Assembly (NCBI GenBank): GCA_045106415.1
Contig: JBGCEP010000042.1
Coordinates: forward strand, 1 to 50,710
Source: Oligoflexales bacterium
GTDB taxonomy: Bacteria; Bdellovibrionota_B; Oligoflexia; Oligoflexales; Bog-1112
Direction: 5' to 3'
Length of the DNA: 50,710 nt
In this document: one piece after another, positions 41,588 through 49,930 of the stretch
Numbering within the stretch: position 1 is the stretch's first letter
Layout of the letters: the number at the start of each line of letters is the position of its first letter
The notes under the pieces: generated by a model
What the model was told of the DNA's origin: nothing
Database searches by the model: none
What the model saw: the letters and a program-made list of their open reading frames with translations, nothing else
Program-made: the position numbers and the translations under genes

Positions 41588-42588
41588 TATTGATCGTAAT
41601 ATTTCCGAGCATGAAAGACTTGAGGGGCTTCGTGTTTGTGTTTGTGAGCTTCATGGCGTTGTCTGACAAAGATATCGACAGATTTCTGTGTAAATTCACC
41701 ACGAAGTTGTCTGCGGATCGCAGGTTCCATTTCGCTATAGGTCCAGCCAAGTTCATCTTCATCTGTCTGTCCTTCCCAGAGCCCAGCGCTTGGTGTTCTG
41801 TCTATCATATTTGATTTTAAGATTCCTTTATTAACAAAGAAGTCTAAGAGAGAATAAACCTCAGATTTGAATAGTTCGCCGAGAGGGAAAAAGTCAGCTA
41901 AAGAGTCACCACCTTTTGTGTCATACCCAATATAGTCTTCACTTAAGTTGCCTGTACCTACAACTCTGGCTCTTTGATGATGAGAATCACTGATGTGGTG
42001 ACTCATGCTGTATAAAATATTTGTCCTGACTCGTGCTCGAAGGTTGCCGCTGTTCACTTGAGAAAGTGTGAATAAACGAGAAAGACTATCTTCAATTCCT
42101 TGAACGGCTTTTTTAATAGGTAAAAAATGTGTTTGAATTTTAAGATGTTTTGCTGTTCGAAGGGAACGAGCATTAAAGTGTCTGTGGTCTGTATCGGAAT
42201 AAGGCATGTGAACAGAGATAACGTTTTCAGGGCCTAAGGCCTCAGCGCATAGAGCGGCGACAAGAGTTGAGTCTGCCCCACCGCTCATACCAATGATTGC
42301 AATATCCATACGTTGGCGAATTTCTGTATATAAATCTTTGAGTAAACGCTCAGTCTGTGCTGTTTGAATAGTAAGTGAAACGCTAACGGTATCAAACTGT
42401 TCATGGTCACCGTTTTCGTCCTCTGAAGTTGAGCTGCTATCACTCTCTTCAACAGATGAGAGGATATGAGCGTATGGTGATCCAACAAGAGAAAGCCATG
42501 ATTCCAACCAATTTCGATTTGCTGCTTGTATGTTGTTGGAAAACATGAAGGTGACGCCGCAGGAGAGAAGGGTTGTTGTAATTTTCAT
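41587..42588 (-). CDS. nadE: NH3-dependent NAD+ synthetase with an N-terminal extension
   Basis: GMSGGADS, GNLRARVR, GTGNLSE..GY.TKGGD, KSEV, PSAGLWEGQTDEDELG, HK. Confidence 0.93.
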   Translation of the reverse strand: MKITTTLLSCGVTFMFSNNIQAANRNWLESWLSLVGSPYAHILSSVEESDSSSTSEDENGDHEQFDTVSVSLTIQTAQTERLLKDLYTEIRQRMDIAIIGMSGGADSTLVAALCAEALGPENVISVHMPYSDTDHRHFNARSLRTAKHLKIQTHFLPIKKAVQGIEDSLSRLFTLSQVNSGNLRARVRTNILYSMSHHISDSHHQRARVVGTGNLSEDYIGYDTKGGDSLADFFPLGELFKSEVYSLLDFFVNKGILKSNMIDRTPSAGLWEGQTDEDELGWTYSEMEPAIRRQLRGEFTQKSVDIFVRQRHEAHKHKHEAPQVFHARKYYDQ

Positions 42589-42749
42589 GTTTGATCCCTT
42601 ATCTTATGAAAATATAGTGTAAGGACTCTGACGGATTTTTTCACAAGTTGTCAAGATCTTTTTAAGTTTTTTTTGAATTCAAGGTATTGACATTTTTTAT
42701 GTGAAATATAACTCTCAGAGAGAAAATTCTTCTGTACGAGAGTAAGCAT

Positions 42750-43871
42750 ATGGCCTTTCAAGCACTATCCTTCGTGTTGCCCATGGTTTTAGCATCGCCA
42801 TTATTGGCTTTCACTGCCACCTCAAATTTTGAACCGACATATGGTTTAGAACTAACCTTTACGAATGGTTATTTGATACGTAAAGGTAAAAAAGAAGGTA
42901 TTAATAATGATGGTTGTCCAGCAAGCCGAAGAGCTCGTGATCAATGGGCTCGTAAAATGTCACTTTTATGCGCAGAGCGCTGGGGGAACGAAAGTTGTGA
43001 AGTGATTCCTGGTGAGCGACGTGGCTATAAGTATTATACAGTTCAATATCGAGATGGCTGGTTTTATAATATTACAGTTGACCCTCTTGTTATTGAAATT
43101 ACAGCAAAACCTATGACTTTAAACCAAGCGCGTAGTTTAAGGTATCGGATAGAAAATGATATTTTTCGATTCGCGTCACAAGAGATGTCTGTTGGGGGCT
43201 GGTTTCAGAAAGGTAAAGGATTATTTCCATCGCGTAGTGTTGGAGGAGGTCATATTCACATTGGGTTTGACTCTGCGTTTGCTCACCATACTTATTCAGC
43301 GTTGTTTGTGAGAAATTTTCTTGTCGATTTTTCAAATCATCCAACACTTGCTTTTTTAAGTTTAAATAAAACAAAAAATGATCCACCTATTTCTTTATTG
43401 AAATATCCTCAAAGGAGAGCTTTTCATCAAGTTCTGGACTGGTTTGATAAGAAGAAGCCTTCTGTTTATGATTTTGTAAAACAAGTACAAGGCCGAGTTT
43501 ATTATGACACTTATCGCCAGCCAACTGAAAAAGATCCAGAAGCATGGTTTCCACCTCAAAAATATCAAGCAATGAACTTAACGAGACTGGTGAGTCAAGA
43601 TTACACTCCATCTGAAAAAACAATTGAAATACGAAGTTTAAGACCTCAGAAAGATGCAAATGACCTTATTCGTATACTTACTCTATTAGAGAAAAGACTT
43701 GAACTTATAAAAAGCTATTTGGATCCTATACCCTATGAACCTGACGATAGGGGTCTGGAGTTTTTATCAAAAAAGAAGCTTATGGAAAGAGCGCGTTGTG
43801 AACTGAAAAGCTATGTTGAAGGTGCGGGTTTGAATTTTAAAAACTATCAAGATCTTCTGGATAAAAAATAG
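42750..43871 (+). CDS. Putative amidoligase (COOH-NH2 ligase / glutamate-cysteine ligase-like fold), exported
   Basis: YGLELTF, IEITAKP, GGGHIHIG, KYQAMNL, TIEIR motifs; signal peptide. Confidence 0.6.
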   Translation: MAFQALSFVLPMVLASPLLAFTATSNFEPTYGLELTFTNGYLIRKGKKEGINNDGCPASRRARDQWARKMSLLCAERWGNESCEVIPGERRGYKYYTVQYRDGWFYNITVDPLVIEITAKPMTLNQARSLRYRIENDIFRFASQEMSVGGWFQKGKGLFPSRSVGGGHIHIGFDSAFAHHTYSALFVRNFLVDFSNHPTLAFLSLNKTKNDPPISLLKYPQRRAFHQVLDWFDKKKPSVYDFVKQVQGRVYYDTYRQPTEKDPEAWFPPQKYQAMNLTRLVSQDYTPSEKTIEIRSLRPQKDANDLIRILTLLEKRLELIKSYLDPIPYEPDDRGLEFLSKKKLMERARCELKSYVEGAGLNFKNYQDLLDKK

Positions 43872-44151
43872 CATATATTACACGTCGAAAATTTCACTGA
43901 GTAATGTGTCAGGGTTGCAGCGGCTACCCTAAAACCTATTCATTTACATTCTCAATAGATCAGACTTCTACTTTTCAGCTATTCGGTGATTTCTGTTGAT
44001 CTTCTCATTTATCGCAATGCATAACCTCATGAAAATAATGATTGAGTTTGTCTCGACACGTGTTTCTATTAGAAAAGCAGCTATCATGCTTGGGGTGTAT
44101 TGGCCATTGAATCATGGCTACTACAAGTATAGGTATGTCGTGCGCTAGCAT

Positions 44152-44655
44152 CCGCTGTTGTGAATTTACTTAAATCTACCTACGCAGATTTAAAATCAAA
44201 TTTTTTGCTTCAACGAAGATAGTTTCACTTTTCTCATATGAGAAAAGCCAGAGCTTTCTTCTCCACAAACTGACACCGCGCAGCTCGCAGCCATCTTTAA
44301 ATTTAAAGCAACGTTGATATTTCTATCATGCTGCGAAGAACAGTTCGTACATGTTCAAAATTTTTGAGACAGTTGGATGTCATGTCGAGTTCAACACTCC
44401 GAGCACGGCTTTGTTGAAGGAAAGAAACGGTCTATAACCACAACCTGAGGCCAAGTTGTCTTCTAAACTCATCTAAAAACACATATCTGATATAGACCTT
44501 GCCGATCTTGCATTCTTCATCATTCCTTTAACGTGAAGATCCTCAATAGCAATACACCCATAAACCTCAGTAAGGTGAAGCGTGAGTTTATGGAGGGTTT
44601 CTTGGCGTATGCCAGTGATACGAACATGACACCTTTGCAGATTCCCTTTGGTCTT
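44152..44655 (-). pseudogene. tnpB: TnpB C-terminal remnant with retained right end (IS607-like)
   Basis: LHKLT..IAIEDLHVKGMMKN, VVIDRFFPSTKPCSEC, CTNC..HDRNINVALNL, AASCAVSVCGEESSG..KQ; hairpin then ...CAGCGG terminus. Confidence 0.85.
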
Positions 44656-44660
44656 TAGAT

Positions 44661-44846
44661 ATTGTTCAAATAGCTCAAGAGTATGGGGCAGAAGTTCTAT
44701 ACCTTCCCCCGTATAGTCCAGATCTCAATCCTATCGAACACAAGTGGCATCAAGTTAAAACAAAAATCCGAAAAATTCTCAGAGATGGATGTGACTCTAT
44801 TTATGATGCTGTTTGTGTTGAGTAAATAAATGCGATCAATGCTATA
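44661..44846 (+). pseudogene. 3' remnant of a second IS630-family element
   Basis: VLYLPPYSPDLNPIEHKW...; stop 44823-44825; end sequence differs from the 992-2136 element. Confidence 0.85.
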
Positions 44847-44857
44847 GTCTGCGTTAA

Positions 44858-45634
44858 TCACTTCCAAAATGTATTCATAATGCGAATAGTATGCTCTCTT
44901 TGTTCCTCTATGTTTGAAACATTCTGTTGTTTAGACCATTTGTGCATGCGTTTGTATAAGAAAAGTGAACAGGACCAGTTGTTTTCTATACACGTCTGAT
45001 TCATTTGATGGATATTTTTAACAGTGTCGTCGATAAAGACAATGTGTTCTGGGGTGTGTGCTTTAGCATCTAAAATATGTTTTAAAGTTAAACCTTTATG
45101 TTGTCCAGAAGCATAAACAACTCCTTGGCTCATAAGAATTGGTTCTCGAAAATTAGGATTGTGAAAAAATTCTTTTTCATATGAATATTTTATTTTATTT
45201 GAGAACTGAATATTATGGGTTTGGAGATGGATATTAGTGCTAGATACTGTTTCAAGTCCTCTGGCTGTTAATCCTAAAGTTTCACAATTGTAATTTTCTA
45301 TTAGGGACTTGAGGAAAATAGGTGAATCTTCTTCTATTAAATTAAAAGAAGTGAAAGCTAAAGATGCGCTATATTCAGCTATTAAACAGTTTGTTGATCT
45401 TTTGCGATTGATATCATCTGCATTTATAATTTTTTGTATCTGAGCATCGAATGCTTGTGGTAAAGCCAATGATCCATTTGGGTGTATGAGAGTTAAATCA
45501 AGGTCAAACACGACAAGGCTTCTTTCTTTCAATGAAGGCTCTATTTCTTGAATTTTAAAAATTTCTTGAAACGGGTGCCCTTGCGCAAAAGATGTTAAGA
45601 AAAAAAATAATACAAAAATTTTTAAAAAAATCAT
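44858..45634 (-). CDS. Exported HAD-like protein, DUF2608-like
   Basis: Signal peptide AQG; VVFDLDLTL, LTAR, KG..L, IVFIDD HAD motifs. Confidence 0.75.
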   Translation of the reverse strand: MIFLKIFVLFFFLTSFAQGHPFQEIFKIQEIEPSLKERSLVVFDLDLTLIHPNGSLALPQAFDAQIQKIINADDINRKRSTNCLIAEYSASLAFTSFNLIEEDSPIFLKSLIENYNCETLGLTARGLETVSSTNIHLQTHNIQFSNKIKYSYEKEFFHNPNFREPILMSQGVVYASGQHKGLTLKHILDAKAHTPEHIVFIDDTVKNIHQMNQTCIENNWSCSLFLYKRMHKWSKQQNVSNIEEQREHTIRIMNTFWK

Positions 45635-45819
45635 GCAACCCTCTTTGGTATACCTGCTGCTAGGTTAAAAGTTTGATAGGTAAAGCTATCATGTGAAATC
45701 TATTCCCACATTAAAATTGTGGTGTTTCCAAAAATATATTTTTAACCGTGTCTTTTTAGGGTGTTGACTGATCATTCGTATTTTTGAATGCTTTTTTATA
45801 CCAATTACGTAAATTAAAC

Positions 45820-47647
45820 CCTGAATCTGAAATTTCTGGCTAATCAAAACCCACCAAATCACTGACATCGCAACGGTCTGAGCACATTGCGCAATGCATG
45901 TGTTTTTATACAAGTTATCCACAGGCTGTGATGGGCAAAATCAAAAAATGACTTGAAAAAGAAAACGCGGGCTATTAAGTAAATTCTGCTAAAAAAACAC
46001 TTAAAACCACGCGCCGGACATATGACTATCATAATTGGCACCACAAACAAAAGACTTTCGTCAAACTCTGGACTCATCTTAGTTAGCAACTTGTTACAGC
46101 AGTCTGCGTTGCTCCCCATGCTGTCATCATGTATCCCAAGACAAAAGATGGGTTATCAACGAAATCAACAGAAGTTCAAAAATCTTTTCTTGGGGTTTGC
46201 CGCTGGCGCTGAATGCCTTGACGACATGACCGATTACCATAAAGATCCAGCGTTTCATGCTCTTACGGATGAATACCAATACCATCCTAAAAGTTATGGG
46301 GATTTCTTAAGATTTTTTTCAGGAGAGAACCTCTTTCACATGCAGCAAATACTCATGAAGTCCGCCCTATACATGAGAAAAGCACATGTTCCTAAAGAGC
46401 AGCAAAAGCAGGTCATTTTTGACTGTGACTCAACTTTAAACAGGCAATTTGGTAAAAAAATGGAGGGAGTGAGTATGAACTATCAAAAATATGAGAGCCT
46501 CAGCACACTCAACATTTTTGACCAACATGGTTTTCAGTATTTCTTAGATGTCAGACCTGGGAGTATGCACACAAGCTATGGAATCGAAGGACCGGCTCAT
46601 CATTTGATGACTGAGGTGCAACGCCAATATCGTCAGTAAAAGCGGCCAAAGATCTGTTTTCGTGCAGATTCTGGGTTTTATAAGGCCTCTTTTATAAACG
46701 CATGTCTCCAGAAAAACACTGACATTTTAATCTCTGTCAAAAAAGACAATTCTCATTTCCCCAAAATCTTATCGCAGGTTATGGAATGGAAACATACCAA
46801 TAAAAACGACCCCAGAAGAATTAATTTCTATGACAATCGGGAATGTGAAATCGCATCCACCACATACCGTCCTAGCAAAGTCTTGCAACGCCTACGCTTT
46901 GTTATTATGCGGGCTAAAAAACCTATTCTTGATGGAGAAATGTTTCCCAAACACGATGAGTATGATTACTTCGCTTTCTGCACAAACTACTCAGAAAACC
47001 TATTTATAGACGAAGAAATTATCAAAAAGTATCGGAAAAGAGGACAAGCAGAGAACTATATCAAAGAAAATAAATATGGTTTTGACCTCAAACACTACCC
47101 ATGCTTAAAACTCCACGCTAATAAGGCGTATGGGCTTATTGGCGCCTTTGCATACAATTACCTTCGATCTCTCTCAATTATGAAAAACCCTGAAAAACCA
47201 GGGTATGCAAAGAAACTTCGACAGGAATGGATTCACATCCCTTGCATGGTGGCTCGCACAGCAAGGGACAGTGTATTTAGAATGATGACACATCATGCCG
47301 TGGAGATTTCGGAATGGATTAAACAAATAAAAAATCTTCAGTTTGAGTTTGGATAAATGTCTTCTCTCGCTGGTGAGCCGGCTCTTTGACAATTTGATAA
47401 ATCCAGACTGAGTTACAGAGGTGCAAAGTAACGAGTCATAGCAACGCTATGGCCAGGGCCGTTCTGATAAGCGGCTCGAGTAACAAATTTCTTGTGAAAA
47501 ACAAGGGTGACCACTCAATTCTCACCCAAAACGGGGGATTGATAGAAAAAAGACGCGCCGGTGCGCTCTTGCCGAAGTCTTTGACCAAAGTTTTTGGACA
47601 ATATCTTCGTACGAACCCACTTAAAAATATTTTTTTTCAGATCTGGG
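45820..47647 (+). mobile_element. IS1380-family insertion sequence
   Basis: Imperfect terminal IRs CCTGAATCTGAAA / TTTCAGATCTGGG; no target duplication seen. Confidence 0.85.
46022..47356 (+). pseudogene. tnp: IS1380 transposase with a single in-frame stop (TAA 46637-46639)
   Basis: Both ORF pieces are in the same frame; DCDST, RADSGF (just after the stop) and Y.KRG.AEN.IKE motifs. Confidence 0.9.
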
Positions 47648-48037
47648 ATTCATGCAGATAGCGCTCTTGTTGATGTTTTCAATCACTTAAAAGAAAGACT
47701 GGAAATAAAAAGATTTCAACATAATCCAGTGTTCTTAAACAGTCGTGGAAAGCTTTTGAAAGACAATACTGTTCGAAAAAATTTTGACGCGGCATTTCAA
47801 GCTTGTGGATTACAGTGGTCTGGAACTCACATTGCTCGTCATACTTTTGCCACGTTAGCTTTGATGAGCAATTCCACACTATCGGAAGTTCAAGCCGTTC
47901 TGGGGCACAAACACCAAAGTATCACTGAGGGTTACGCAAAGGTTGCCGCTCTTCAGGATTCTCCTGTTTCTGCTCAAGTTGCAGCCAAAGCTGGAATCAG
48001 TAAAGCCAAAGACTCTAATCAACACCATGATTTATGA
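47648..48037 (+). pseudogene. Tyrosine recombinase/integrase C-terminal fragment
   Basis: HIARHTFAT, LGH, T.GY catalytic motifs; N-terminus replaced by IS1380. Confidence 0.9.
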
Positions 48038-48052
48038 CTTATCTGATTCGCG

Positions 48053-48256
48053 GACATAACAGACATTTTTTTTTTGGAAGTGTCAGTTATGTCTGTGAGT
48101 CATCTTATGTGTCTTTGCAGGCGTATGGATCATAAGGTGGTTGATTGAAGGACATCATCCACCGCCTATCAAATCCAGGTGCCAAGTTTTGACTTCATTT
48201 CAAAATGACATAACTGACAAAATACCAGCAAAAAAACCTTTTTGTCAGTTATGTCA
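48053..48256. repeat. Four 13-bp repeats GACATAACWGACA in two inverted pairs (att-like site)
   Basis: 48053-48065 (+), 48081-48093 (-), 48207-48219 (+), 48243-48255 (-). Confidence 0.9.
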
Positions 48257-48307
48257 GTCAATTTTTCACTGCAAAAATTATCGAAAAAATGCACAAGGAA
48301 GAACAAT

Positions 48308-48643
48308 ATGTCTTTTAAAAAGCAACTCGTAGTAGTGTTATGCCTCTCAATCACAAACTGCGGCGAACCAAGTCTCTCAATCTCATCAAAAGAGTATCCA
48401 ATAACCTGCTGCAAAATCTGTAAAAACAGCAAACCTTGCGGAAACAGCTGTATTTCAAAACACATGCCGTGCCATAGAACAAAGGGGTGCGCGTGTTCAT
48501 CAACAGCATACAGAGAAAATATAATTTACCGCCAAAAAAACTTCAGTAACAGGCTTAAATTTCATCTAAAAACAAGTTGCAAACCTATTTTGTTTCCTTT
48601 AGATTCCCAGCTCAACAAGGCTGGAGATCACTTGTGTCCTTAA
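48308..48643 (+). CDS. Small Cys-rich putative lipoprotein
   Basis: MSFKKQLVVVLCLSITNC leader; CCKIC...CGNSCIS...CH...GCAC. Confidence 0.65.
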   Translation: MSFKKQLVVVLCLSITNCGEPSLSISSKEYPITCCKICKNSKPCGNSCISKHMPCHRTKGCACSSTAYRENIIYRQKNFSNRLKFHLKTSCKPILFPLDSQLNKAGDHLCP

Positions 48644-49245
48644 GAAACTATATTTTGTCATTTGTGCTATCGCTCTCGGCAAACGCTTATTCAAACAACT
48701 ATTTCCGTGTACAACCAAAGAACATTCACCCCGCTGAAATCAATGTCTACACCAATGGGAATGATTGGATTGTTCAGAAAGATCATCAAAACTTTGTTGT
48801 TCAACATTTCGACATAGACACTGTATTACGTCAAGAAAGCATTTCAACGGTTTCAAAAATCATGAGATCCGGGTTTATTCGCGTTGTTCCTTGTGGAGAA
48901 ACATACAAAATCTACTATCAAGCACGAGGCATTGGGGGAGGTCCCCTCGCTGGCTACATTGGGTATTGGGCTACTAAAGCTATCAGCTACGGTGCCGCGG
49001 CCGCAGGGGCCACAGGAGCACTTGCCGCGGCTGGTGTCACGGGAAGTGGTATAGCTGGAGCAAGCGCCGGTGCCGCCGCTGTCGCAACAGCCACAGCAGG
49101 AGCTGTTGGTGTGACAGCAGGTGCTGCCGAGGTTGTCGCCGGAGCTGCGATTGTTGCTGAAGGTGCTGTGGGTTTTGTTGCAGCAGTTGAAAGTGCAAGT
49201 TTATCTATCGGCGCAGTTCTCACTGCGTGCCCGTTTCTCCCATAA
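48634..49245 (+). CDS. Exported protein with a Gly/Ala-rich hydrophobic C-terminal half
   Basis: GTG 48634 after GGAG; signal peptide ANA; RGIGGG followed by about 100 aa Gly/Ala/Val-rich segment. Confidence 0.75.
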   Translation: MSLRNYILSFVLSLSANAYSNNYFRVQPKNIHPAEINVYTNGNDWIVQKDHQNFVVQHFDIDTVLRQESISTVSKIMRSGFIRVVPCGETYKIYYQARGIGGGPLAGYIGYWATKAISYGAAAAGATGALAAAGVTGSGIAGASAGAAAVATATAGAVGVTAGAAEVVAGAAIVAEGAVGFVAAVESASLSIGAVLTACPFLP

Positions 49246-49258
49246 CAGGACTCTCAGT

Positions 49259-49408
49259 ATGGCAATGAGTCTTTCAGCCACGATTGGTTATTTATACACA
49301 CTCGTTCTTGCGATGATTTTCATGACTACAAAAAACATGAAAATCAAAAGAACTGTTGGTCTTATTATAGCGATCAGCATCGCAGCAATGATTTATTACG
49401 AGCTTTAA
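49259..49408 (+). CDS. Small two-TM membrane protein (49 aa)
   Basis: ATG 49259 after AGGA; two hydrophobic helices separated by a basic loop. Confidence 0.55.
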   Translation: MAMSLSATIGYLYTLVLAMIFMTTKNMKIKRTVGLIIAISIAAMIYYEL

Positions 49409-49426
49409 ACGCTAAGGTGGAAAACT

Positions 49427-49618
49427 TTGAAAATAGAAAAAATGAATAAGCAAAACTATAAGAACTATAGAAGGATCATGACTGCAATCACAGCCGTTGT
49501 TGCCAACACAACATGCAATGTTTTTAGCATTCCTGGTGGATTTGAGAAAGCTATCGTAATAGCCGTCATCGTAGCCCTGTACATCCAATTCTATGCACAG
49601 AAACACCTCTTAGACTAA
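49427..49618 (+). CDS. Small membrane protein
   Basis: Basic N-terminus and two hydrophobic segments; same orientation as the upstream cassette. Confidence 0.55.
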   Translation: MKIEKMNKQNYKNYRRIMTAITAVVANTTCNVFSIPGGFEKAIVIAVIVALYIQFYAQKHLLD

Positions 49619-49771
49619 AACTCAAAAATCACACACAGTTTTCCATAAAAACGACCAGGGCTTTCGAATGCCTTGGTCGTTACCTCGCTGCCCCACACAA
49701 ATACCTGCCACCACCCGCTATCAACCAAAAATGGGAAAAAACACCAAAAAAAAATCCGACAGCCCCTCAAG

Positions 49772-49930
49772 CCTGAATCTGAAATTCCCTCTTCATAAAA
49801 ACCCCTCAAATCATTGACACAGCAGTTCTCATCACACTTTTCGTAGTGCATGTGTTTTTGTCAAAGTTATCCACAGGCTATAAGGGGGAAATTCAAAAAA
49901 AGACTTGAAAAAGAATACCCGGACCTCTAA
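49772..49930 (+). mobile_element. Left end of a second IS1380-family element, interrupted by IS5
   Basis: Starts CCTGAATCTGAAATT and is colinear with 45820-45980. Confidence 0.85.

Noticed and set aside
44029..44100. VSIRKAAIMLGV resembling an IS607 TnpA N-terminal HTH
   Set aside because: Too short, and opposite in orientation to the neighbouring tnpB relic; cannot be supported
48130..48170. Central hairpin as a tRNA/tmRNA fragment
   Set aside because: No TTCGA T-loop or CCA end on either strand
48987..49223. Ala/Thr/Pro-rich 78-aa minus-strand ORF
   Set aside because: Antisense shadow of the Gly/Ala-rich coding region
45915..49875. DnaA boxes as a replication origin
   Set aside because: Only single boxes, each inside an IS1380 left end; no cluster and no dnaA/gidA context
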